From contig CAYUWQ010000001.1 of assembly GCA_964448455.1 (NCBI GenBank), positions 1 to 55,825 on the forward strand: a stretch of 55,825 nucleotides of DNA. Reading direction: 5' to 3'. The notes beneath the pieces were generated by a model, which worked only from the letters and a program-made list of their open reading frames with translations, made no database searches and was not told the DNA's origin. Shown here piece after piece: positions 17,858 through 25,553 of the stretch (positions are counted from its first letter, which is position 1; each line of letters starts with the position of its first letter). The position numbers and the translations under genes were made by a program. The stretch is from an uncultured Eubacteriales bacterium (lineage in GTDB: Bacteria; Bacillota; Clostridia; Oscillospirales; Acutalibacteraceae).

Positions 17858-18733
17858 ATGAAAACATGTGTAAGCAGTTACAGCTTTAATAAGCTGTTGA
17901 AGTCCGGCGAATACACGCAGTTGACTTTGATTAAAGAAGTTAAAAGCATGGGCTTTGACGCGATTGAATTTACAAATCTCGACCCGCCGGAGGGCATAAG
18001 CATGATTGATTTTGCGCAGATGATTCGCTCGGAAAGCGACACCCGTAAGCTGCCGGTTGCCAACTACACTATCGGTGCGGAACTGCTCAACTGCGCGAAC
18101 CTTGATGACGAGGTCGCACGCTTGTGCGAACAGGTCGACATTGCCGTTATTCTTGGCGCAAAAGGCATGCGGCACGACGCTACCGGGGGATATAAAGGCG
18201 TTGAGAAAAGCTATAAAAGTTTTGACCAGGCACTGCGCGCGCTTATTGAAGGCTGCAGGCGTGTTACCGAATATGCCGGCGAAAAAGGCATCAAAACCAT
18301 GGTGGAAAACCACGGTTTCTTTTGCCAGGAAAGTGAGAGAATAGAAAAACTCGTCACCGGTGTCGGTAAAGAAAACTTCGGCGTCTTGCTGGATATGGGC
18401 AACTTTCTTTGCGCGGACGAGGCGCCCGAACTTGCCACAGGCAGGCTCGCGCCGTTCGTGAAACATGTACACTGCAAAGATTTTCATGTAAAAAGCGGGC
18501 AGGGCGTCAATCCCGGCGGCGGCTTTTTTACCAGCAGGGCAGGCAATTTCCTGCGCGGTGCCATTGTCGGCCATGGTGATGTGCCCGTGCTGCAATGCCT
18601 TTCAATCCTTAATAAAAACGGGTACGACGGGTATGTCAGTATTGAGTTTGAAGGCATTGAAGAAAACATGATGGCCATCGAAACAGGCCTTAACAACCTG
18701 GAACGGTTTATAGAAATGGCAGAGATGTTTTAG
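17858..18733 (+). CDS. Sugar phosphate isomerase/epimerase (xylose isomerase-like TIM barrel), second tandem copy
   Basis: I set the start at ATG 17858, with GAGGGGG 10 nt upstream; the track's TTG at 17852 is less likely. The motifs are MVENHG...LLDMGNF...HVHCKD...YVSIEFEG. Confidence 0.8.
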   Translation: MKTCVSSYSFNKLLKSGEYTQLTLIKEVKSMGFDAIEFTNLDPPEGISMIDFAQMIRSESDTRKLPVANYTIGAELLNCANLDDEVARLCEQVDIAVILGAKGMRHDATGGYKGVEKSYKSFDQALRALIEGCRRVTEYAGEKGIKTMVENHGFFCQESERIEKLVTGVGKENFGVLLDMGNFLCADEAPELATGRLAPFVKHVHCKDFHVKSGQGVNPGGGFFTSRAGNFLRGAIVGHGDVPVLQCLSILNKNGYDGYVSIEFEGIEENMMAIETGLNNLERFIEMAEMF

Positions 18734-18935
18734 GACATAAATCGGCAGGGGGCTACCGGCGAAAATAGGTTTGCCGGCAGCCTTCCAGGATGAACCCGTT
18801 GATATAATTACTCGTCTGCACAGGAGATAACTTAGCGGTAAGATACCGTGTTTTTGTAAATCCAACTCAAAGACACAATACTGTGAAGCCGGCGGCGTAA
18901 ATCAAGTAAATCAATGCAAAAATGATGAAAAGTGA

Positions 18936-18964
18936 TTGACAAGGAGCAGGCGATTTGTTATTAT
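18936..18964 (+). promoter_or_regulatory. Putative promoter for the tRNA pair (TTGACA, 17 nt spacer, TATTAT)
   Basis: TTGACA is at 18936-18941 and TATTAT at 18959-18964. It lies about 70 nt upstream of the first tRNA. Confidence 0.55.
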
Positions 18965-19033
18965 ACATCTGCTCGTTTTTTTGCAGTCAAGAGAAGAACG
19001 AGAAAATTGAATATCAGCTATATTCACCGACAC

Positions 19034-19110
19034 GGGCCATTAGCTCAGTTGGTTAGAGCAACCGGCTCATAACCGGTTGGTCCGGGGTTCGAGTCCCTGA
19101 TGGCCCACCA
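19034..19110 (+). tRNA. tRNA with anticodon CAU (elongator Met or lysidine-modified Ile2; not an initiator)
   Basis: The sequence is GGGCCATTAGCTCAGTTGGTTAGAGCAACCGGCTCATAACCGGTTGGTCCGGGGTTCGAGTCCCTGATGGCCCACCA. It folds as a cloverleaf with the loop CTCATAA. It lacks the 3 G-C anticodon-stem pairs and the 1-72 mismatch of an initiator. Confidence 0.9.
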
Positions 19111-19115
19111 TTTAT

Positions 19116-19191
19116 AGGGGTATAGCTCAGTTGGTAGAGCAGCGGTCTCCAAAACCGCGTGTCGAGGGTTCAAATCCTTCTGCCCCTGCCA
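19116..19191 (+). tRNA. tRNA-Trp (anticodon CCA)
   Basis: The sequence is AGGGGTATAGCTCAGTTGGTAGAGCAGCGGTCTCCAAAACCGCGTGTCGAGGGTTCAAATCCTTCTGCCCCTGCCA. The loop is CTCCAAA, and it has the typical Trp acceptor AGGGG.../...CCCCT with G73. Confidence 0.9.
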
Positions 19192-19198
19192 GGTTAAG

Positions 19199-19235
19199 AA
19201 TGTTCTCTGCTTTCGATGCAGGGAACATTTTTCTC
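19199..19235 (+). terminator. Rho-independent terminator after the tRNA pair
   Basis: aatgttctctgc, loop tttcgat, gcagggaacatt gives a 12-bp stem with one G-U pair. It is followed by TTTTTCTC. Confidence 0.7.
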
Positions 19236-19276
19236 AGTTGAAACAAGTGTATTTTAAAAGCGATGAGGTTATTATA

Positions 19277-20774
19277 ATGGAAAATAGATCACAATACGAT
19301 CTCATCATCATCGGCGCAGGCGTCAACGGTCTGTCCGCCGGGCTTGCTTATGCCCTGAACATTGATATGTCACAAAAAAAAGTACTGATCATCGAAAAGG
19401 GGCATGTCTGCGGCGGGTATGTAACCTCATATGCAAGAAAGGGCTATAATTTCGATACCTGCCAGATGATATCCAATGTTTCCGAAATCTTGGATTACTT
19501 TGGCGTTGAACTCCAATGGAAGGAGTTTAAGGATGACTTTGTCCGCATCTTCAAAGCGGAGTCAGGACATCGCGAGCCTGTGTTGTTTGAACTGTGTGCG
19601 GGTCAGCAGGCGTTCAGGCAGAGAATGCTGTCAATATTCCCGGCGGATGCCGCCAAACTCGAAAAACTGTTTGACTACTCGGATGCGATGTTTGCCGAAC
19701 TCTACGGTCTGAAATACGCGCCGAGTCCTGCTGAAATCGTCAGAATGCTTATTGCCTGCCCCAAAGTCATTAAAAACGCCTCGAAAACTTTTGACGAATA
19801 TCTCGGTCAGTTTGGAATTGACAATCCTGATATTAAGCTTGTATTTCAAACCTTTTCGGGCTTGTGCGGCTTGCCAAACGATAAGATAGCCGCGCTGCTG
19901 ACGGTTGGGGTGCTCGATTCTCTGCTTGAAAAGGCGTACAGACCAGATGATCAGTTTATCGAATTGCCGCGCAAAATGGAACAGCGTTTTGTCGAACTGG
20001 GCGGTGAAATCCTGTATAAGACCGAAGCGGAAAAGATACTGATGAGTAACGGTAAGGCGTACGGATGTGAAGGCTACTTTCGGCAGTTTGATCAGCATAG
20101 ATGAACTACGCGCAATCAACCGCCGATATGCCAACCGGATCGAAAATATGGAAATGACAACATCTGCCTTTACCGTTAACCTCGGCCTTGACAGTGAAAA
20201 TATCCCCGGTCTTGAAAAGCTTCAATGCGGTTATGCGATCCTGACAAGCGGGAATGAAGCGTTTTCCCGGCTATGTGAAGCGTATAGAAAGAATGAAATC
20301 GCGCTGAGCGAAAACTGCTTTTATTTGGGGTTCTCATATCAGACCGGTCAGGGTAGAGGAAAACCCGCATTATCCATTCAGGCAGTTCCCGCGCCAATAT
20401 TGAACTGGAAAGAACTGCGTGCCTCGGACAGAAAACAATACATCGCCGAGAAAGAAAACAAAGCCGATTTGATCATTAAAATCGTTGAAAAACACTTGAT
20501 TCCCTCCTTGAGTAAACATGTAGTTGTCAAGGATATATCCACCCCGGCGACCTATTCCAGGTACTCCGGTTCATCAAACGGCTCAATTTACGACATGGCT
20601 TCTGTTCCAAAAAACTTCGGCAGAAACCGTTTGCCGGTATTAACACCAGTGAAGGAGCTTATGATGCCCAAATTTGCTCACGGTGTGTTTGGCGCTATGA
20701 ACAGCGGACTGCAGGCGGTTGACATTTTGCTCGATGGTGCAGTGATGAATGGGAACTCGCGTTTTGGAAAGTAA
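19277..20774 (+). pseudogene. FAD-dependent oxidoreductase (phytoene desaturase/CrtI-like family) interrupted by a +1 frameshift near 20064-20068
   Basis: The N-terminal dinucleotide fold is YDLIIIGAGVNGLSAGLAYA...LIIEKGHVCGG. ORF 1 ends ...NGKAYGCEGYFRQFDQHR*. The family-typical continuation (G)VKATFGSLISIDE...SAFTVNLGLD runs on in the +1 frame to 20774. Skipping one nucleotide (t at 20066) restores a single product of about 499 aa. Confidence 0.6.
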
Positions 20775-20865
20775 TAGGGGCTAAGCAGTCCATCAGCCGG
20801 CTTAGCGATTTGCACATGCCTGGCGGGTAGTTGTGTATTTTGAATATGTCGTCTGCTTGTGCTGG

Positions 20866-20894
20866 TTGAAAAATTCATAATTCAGTGCTATAAT
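20866..20894 (+). promoter_or_regulatory. Putative promoter for the activase-GRE fusion gene (TTGAAA, 17 nt spacer, TATAAT)
   Basis: TTGAAA is at 20866-20871 and TATAAT at 20889-20894. The leader is AT-rich and about 95 nt long. I recognise no riboswitch-like conserved core in it. Confidence 0.55.
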
Positions 20895-20996
20895 GATTAA
20901 AAATATTAACATCATACACTATATCACTATTTTTTATTCTATTCCATGTGATATTGGGATCAAGCTAACGGCATACCTTTTCAAGAGGGTGATAAA

Positions 20997-23900
20997 GTGC
21001 AAAAAGTCCAAATGCAAACAGAAATGAAACAAAGAAACGAGGATTGCGCCGGAGCGCTGAAGGCGGTAAAAATTCAGCGTACCTGTGTTCATGACGGACC
21101 CGGGTTGCGCACCACCATCTTTTTTCAAGGGTGCGGACTGAATTGCCTGTGGTGCCAGAACCCGGAGACCTTATCGGCTAATATCAGCAAAACCGAAAAT
21201 TGTGCCTGTTCGATTGATAGTATTGCTGAAATCGTCCTGCGGGACAAAGAATACTACCGGGCAGCCGGCGGCGGAGTGACACTCAGCGGCGGCGAACCCT
21301 TTTTGCAGCATACCGAAAACCTTGTTAAACTGCTTCAGATTCTGAAGGCGGAAGGTATTGGCATTACTGCCGAGACGGCGCTATTTGTACCATGGGAAAG
21401 AATCGCGGCAGTCCTTCCGCTCATTGACTTATTCCTTATTGACTTGAAAGCTGTCGGTGAAGACGCGCTTCATAAAAAACTCACCGGGCAGGACGGCGCG
21501 CTTATACGCGAAAACATTGATCGATTGCTTGCGTCCAATGCCAATGTGCATTTTCGTATGGTGATGGTACCGGGGTTGAATGACAGCGATGAAAATATCA
21601 AGGCTACGGCCGCTTTTTTACAGTCAAAAGGGTTTAATTCAATTGAACTCTTAAAATACCATAATATGTATGAGGACAAAGCAAAACGACTCGGCCTGGC
21701 ATTTGAAAAACTAAATATCGGCGCCGAAAAAAGTCTCCTGTCGCTTAATAACGGCGTTGAATTATTCCGGCAATACGGCATAAAAGCAACAAACTCCGAC
21801 CTCGACTCACCACCCGAACCCGCGGAATTCACGCAGCGGGTATTGAATATCCAAAAAGCCATCCGCGAAAGTAAGCGGGCACTCTGTTTTGAAGTTTCCA
21901 GACTTAAGACGAAGTATTACAAGAAGAACGGGTTTAATAAACCGACCCCGATTCACAGAGCAGAGCGGCTTGCGTATGTGTTAAAAAACAAAACCGTAAA
22001 AGTCTATCCGGAAGAACTGCTTGTCGGCAATTTCACCTCAAAAAGAGTGGCCGGTCAGGTTTGGGAAGAGCAGTACGGTGTGCTTGATATTACTTTTTTA
22101 TATAAAATAAACCGTCAAAAACCCGTATCCTTCCAGTGCTCTCGCAAGGAAAGACTGTATTTCTATGCCCATATATTCCCATTCTGGATGAAGCATAGTT
22201 TGCTTAGAAAAGTGAATCCTAAATTGTCGGACTTTAAGATGATGATTGCCCGATCTTCCGAAATGATTGCGGGATTCAATAACAATATGGCGGCGATTGC
22301 CCACTTTATTGTGAACTTCGACAGAATGCTTGAACTGGGTACAACCGGTATTATTGAGGAAATCAGACAAAAACAAATAGAAAAGCCGGACAACAATCAG
22401 GACTTTTATAACGGAGCGGTTATCGCACTGAAAGGTCTGGAAGATTTTGCGCAAAACTATGCCGACTATCTCCTGCAAACGAGTAAAGAAGAACAGGATC
22501 CCGTCCGCCGGCAGGAACTGGCCGACATGGCGCGGATATGCGCGCATGTACCGAAAAATCCGGCGCGGACTTTCCATGAAGCGCTGCAATGTATGACATT
22601 TTTACAAATCGCGCTTTGCATTGAAGCGTATGAAAATGCCGTTTCTTTCGGGCGTGTTGATCAACTGCTTTATCCCTACTATAAACGGGATGTCGAGGCG
22701 GGGATCATCACTTACGAAAAAGCAAAGGAATTGCTGTGTCTGTTTATACTGAAAATGGATGAGTGTATCCTGGTGAATGACGGAGATTCTTACCTGAATG
22801 TCAGCAAACTGTTTGAAACGCTTTCAACCGACCAGTCGCTGACTTTCGGCGGAGTTGACAAAGAGGGTAAGGACGCAACAAACGACATAACCTATATGCT
22901 CATTGATGCCTGTGAGCTGCAGCCCCTTGCCGTTAACATGACCGCGCGGGTTCATCAAGGCAGTCCGCAGCGTTATCTGGACAGGTTGGCGGAAATCTAT
23001 ATAAACGGTTGTCCCATGCCCGAACTGTTTAGTGATGAGATTTATATTGAAACGATTATGCGGCATTATCCAACCACGCTTGAAAACGCCCGAAACTACT
23101 CGATCGTCGGCTGCGTTGAACCGGTTGCGTCGGATGATCATTTCGGGAACACGGACTGCGCCAATATGAACCTTGCGCTGCCCCTGCTGCAGGCGATCAA
23201 AGGGCATGAACATGATTTGTGGAATTTTGGCAAGGAAGACCGGAACGAAAAGATAATAACAAAATTTTTAGACTATACTCTCAAAGGCGAAAATGCTCTG
23301 TCAAAGTCTATACTGGCAAGGCACAAAAAGAAAGTTGAAAAGCTGAATACCGGGAAAGGCTTGTACATATATAATCCGCCGGCGGATATGGACGAGCTGC
23401 TGGCACGCTTTCAGACCCGGTTAAATAAATTAGCCGCCGGGGTGCTCGCTGACCATCAACGCATAGAAAAAGTTCTGCGCGAAAACTTTACGACACCGCT
23501 TGCATCCTCTCTCTATAAAGGTTGTGTTGAAAGGGGACTGGATGCCTATGAAGGCGGTACGGATTACAACAGCTCCGGTATTCAGGCGGTGGGCGTTACC
23601 GATGTTGCTGACTCTCTGCACGCAATCAACGAAGTTGTTTACAAACAGGGATTGTACACCATGCAAGATATTATTACGGCAATCGACAGTAATTTTGAAG
23701 GGGAGAAAAATCGGGATATACACGCCGCGCTTCTTGCTGTGCCGAAGTTTGGCGATGATTCCTCCGGTGAAGCCGCCCGGTGGGTCACAAAAGTAATGGG
23801 GATTTATAACAACGCACTGGCCTCAGTACCCAACTGTCCGCGCAACGGCGTCTATTCGGCAGGCTACTACGCGTTAAATGTCAGTGACAGATACGGTAAA

Positions 23901-24314
23901 AAAACGCAGGCACTGCCTTCCGGGAGACTCAACGGGGTTCCGCTGGCCAACAGTGTCACACCGCATTACGGGATGGAAGCGACGGACCTGTTCTCCTCGC
24001 TAAATGCTGTTTCACAAGTGGACTTCACTTCATACGCGGCAAACGGATCAACGGTTACCTTTACAATCGATTCCGCGCTTTTCCAGGGAACGGAAGGCGT
24101 AAAGAATCTTGGCGGTATTTTCAAAACCTTCCTTTCAAAGGGCGGTATGCAGTTTCAGCCCAATGTGATTAACCGTGCAATTTTGCTGGAAGCCTACAAG
24201 AATCCGGAAAAGTACAAGTATTTAATGGTGCGTGTCGCAGGCTACTGCGCATACTTTAACGAGCTTTCGGACGAACTTAAACAGATCATCATTAACAGAA
24301 CTTGTTACGCATGA
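20997..24314 (+). CDS. Single-polypeptide fusion: PflA-type glycyl-radical-enzyme activase (radical SAM, about aa 1-265) plus PFL2/eliminase-type glycyl radical enzyme (about aa 275-1105)
   Basis: GTG start with AGAGGGTGA 7 nt upstream. The activase part shows VHDGPGLRTTIFFQGCGLNCLWCQNPE (C46/C50/C53), GGGVTLSGGEP and MVMVPGLNDSDENI. The linker is SDLDSPPEPAEF. The GRE part shows the PFL2-like N-terminus (PTPIHRAERLAYVLKNKTVKVYPEELLVGN), the Cys loop YSIVGC706VE708P and the glycyl fingerprint MVRVAG1082YCAYFNEL...IINRT. Confidence 0.9.
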   Translation: MQKVQMQTEMKQRNEDCAGALKAVKIQRTCVHDGPGLRTTIFFQGCGLNCLWCQNPETLSANISKTENCACSIDSIAEIVLRDKEYYRAAGGGVTLSGGEPFLQHTENLVKLLQILKAEGIGITAETALFVPWERIAAVLPLIDLFLIDLKAVGEDALHKKLTGQDGALIRENIDRLLASNANVHFRMVMVPGLNDSDENIKATAAFLQSKGFNSIELLKYHNMYEDKAKRLGLAFEKLNIGAEKSLLSLNNGVELFRQYGIKATNSDLDSPPEPAEFTQRVLNIQKAIRESKRALCFEVSRLKTKYYKKNGFNKPTPIHRAERLAYVLKNKTVKVYPEELLVGNFTSKRVAGQVWEEQYGVLDITFLYKINRQKPVSFQCSRKERLYFYAHIFPFWMKHSLLRKVNPKLSDFKMMIARSSEMIAGFNNNMAAIAHFIVNFDRMLELGTTGIIEEIRQKQIEKPDNNQDFYNGAVIALKGLEDFAQNYADYLLQTSKEEQDPVRRQELADMARICAHVPKNPARTFHEALQCMTFLQIALCIEAYENAVSFGRVDQLLYPYYKRDVEAGIITYEKAKELLCLFILKMDECILVNDGDSYLNVSKLFETLSTDQSLTFGGVDKEGKDATNDITYMLIDACELQPLAVNMTARVHQGSPQRYLDRLAEIYINGCPMPELFSDEIYIETIMRHYPTTLENARNYSIVGCVEPVASDDHFGNTDCANMNLALPLLQAIKGHEHDLWNFGKEDRNEKIITKFLDYTLKGENALSKSILARHKKKVEKLNTGKGLYIYNPPADMDELLARFQTRLNKLAAGVLADHQRIEKVLRENFTTPLASSLYKGCVERGLDAYEGGTDYNSSGIQAVGVTDVADSLHAINEVVYKQGLYTMQDIITAIDSNFEGEKNRDIHAALLAVPKFGDDSSGEAARWVTKVMGIYNNALASVPNCPRNGVYSAGYYALNVSDRYGKKTQALPSGRLNGVPLANSVTPHYGMEATDLFSSLNAVSQVDFTSYAANGSTVTFTIDSALFQGTEGVKNLGGIFKTFLSKGGMQFQPNVINRAILLEAYKNPEKYKYLMVRVAGYCAYFNELSDELKQIIINRTCYA

Positions 24315-24340
24315 ACGGCTATTAAACATCATCAAATGAA

Positions 24341-24370
24341 AGGCCGCTTACCATTCCGATAAGCGGTCTT
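24341..24370 (+). terminator. Weak hairpin downstream of the fusion gene (possible terminator or attenuator)
   Basis: aggccgctta, a 9-nt loop, taagcggtct gives 10 bp with one G-U pair. No clean T-run follows. Confidence 0.35.
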
Positions 24371-24384
24371 CTAAACGCGAATGC

Positions 24385-24396
24385 GGGAATATTCCC
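24385..24396. promoter_or_regulatory. Perfect 12-bp palindrome GGGAATATTCCC just upstream of the -35 of the GDPD-like gene (candidate operator)
   Basis: Read directly: gcGGGAATATTCCCcgc at 24383-24399. It ends 8 nt before TTGAAA at 24405. Confidence 0.25.
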
Positions 24397-24404
24397 CGCA
24401 AACC

Positions 24405-24433
24405 TTGAAAATGAGTCAGCATAAGGCGATAAT
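24405..24433 (+). promoter_or_regulatory. Putative promoter (TTGAAA, 17 nt spacer, GATAAT) for the GDPD-like gene
   Basis: TTGAAA is at 24405-24410 and GATAAT at 24428-24433. Confidence 0.4.
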
Positions 24434-24471
24434 ACATGCAGTATGTTATTACATGTCGGAGGAAACATTTA

Positions 24472-25449
24472 ATGGATTTGAAAAGCAAACACAATCTTTT
24501 TTTTATTGCGCACAGAATGAATGTCGGCAGCCCTTCAAACGAGGCGTATAACCATGTCGACAACGGCATGGAAGCCCTGGATGCGGTGTTGGAGATCAAT
24601 TCTGACAAGGAAAAGTATCAGCATATGAAAGGGTTTGAATGTGATGTCAGGCTGACGGGAGACAACCAGCTTGTCGTCGTGCACGACGCGAATGCAAAAA
24701 CGATGACAACAAACAAGTACAACAAAAACATCGGCGAAATGACATACAAAGAACTGCAGTGCCTTGAAATCAGAAACGCCGGTCTCTACTACAGCGGCTT
24801 AAAAAAGAGGGCGCTAATATTGCCGGACTCAAAGCGGATCAGAAATATCATCAACCAACGGCTTCAAAACAAGACGGTAGTGCCCAGAGCATTTGAAATG
24901 TTTGAGTATTTAGCCGCCCAAAAATATAGCGGTGAGATTGTGCTGGAGATAAAAGATGCCGTTGACAAGACTCGTGACGCAACGGTTGAGCTTGTAAACA
25001 GCTTTAAAAATCAATTGAATATCGTTGTAAAAAGTTATGATATAAGACGCACGATTGAAATCGGGGAAAAAACGGGCGTAAAAACCGGTTTGCTCGAAGC
25101 TGTAAGACTGGTCAATAAAAGGGGTCCGATTGACGGAAAGTTTATCAAAGACATGCCGTTTGATTTTTACTCGATTTTGTGGTCAAAAGTCAACAATAGC
25201 ATCATGAGTTCTTTGGTTGAAAACGGTAAAGATTTGTATATGTGGACAATTGACAGCGCAGCGCATATGTTTGCTGCATTGAAAAGATTGGAAAATTATT
25301 ATGACCAATTCGGTTTACTGCCCGAAAACACTCATTTTATAACGAACTTGCCTATTCTACTGGAGGAATATATCAGCGGTCAAAAGAATAATGTTCCGTT
25401 TGTAAAATCCACCTTCAATCGTTATACAAAGCTGTTTGGATTAAATTAG
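24472..25449 (+). CDS. Glycerophosphodiester phosphodiesterase (GDPD)-like protein, apparently cytoplasmic
   Basis: I set the start at ATG 24472, with GGAGGA 6-7 nt upstream. FFIAHRMN..., ...DNGMEAL..., GFECDVRLTGDNQLVVVHD follow the GDPD pattern HR...E/D-N...E-x-D-V...HD. No signal peptide is present. Confidence 0.7.
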   Translation: MDLKSKHNLFFIAHRMNVGSPSNEAYNHVDNGMEALDAVLEINSDKEKYQHMKGFECDVRLTGDNQLVVVHDANAKTMTTNKYNKNIGEMTYKELQCLEIRNAGLYYSGLKKRALILPDSKRIRNIINQRLQNKTVVPRAFEMFEYLAAQKYSGEIVLEIKDAVDKTRDATVELVNSFKNQLNIVVKSYDIRRTIEIGEKTGVKTGLLEAVRLVNKRGPIDGKFIKDMPFDFYSILWSKVNNSIMSSLVENGKDLYMWTIDSAAHMFAALKRLENYYDQFGLLPENTHFITNLPILLEEYISGQKNNVPFVKSTFNRYTKLFGLN

Positions 25450-25475
25450 AATGAATGGATTATCCATGATATTTT

Positions 25476-25511
25476 AAAACCGCAAGCCGTCGTTTGAGCG
25501 CTTGCGGTTTT
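25476..25511. terminator. Bidirectional Rho-independent terminator between convergent genes
   Basis: aaaaccgcaagc, a 12-nt loop, gcttgcggtttt forms a stem flanked by A- and T-runs on both sides. Confidence 0.75.
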
Positions 25512-25553
25512 CGATTGCCGGCTTATGCTGTGCAGCATTCATTTTTATGTCGA

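Noticed and set aside
17714-18595. A 293-aa ORF on the minus strand, as long as the plus-strand gene it overlaps.
   Set aside because: It lies fully antisense to the TIM-barrel isomerase gene 17858-18733, which has clear family motifs and an RBS. The antisense translation is low-complexity and Ala/Phe/His-rich, with no motif and no SD, so it is a shadow ORF.
20895-20996. Possible riboswitch or attenuator in the 95-nt leader of the GRE fusion gene.
   Set aside because: The sequence is very AT-rich, with no stable conserved-looking helices and no terminator/antiterminator alternative that I could fold by eye.
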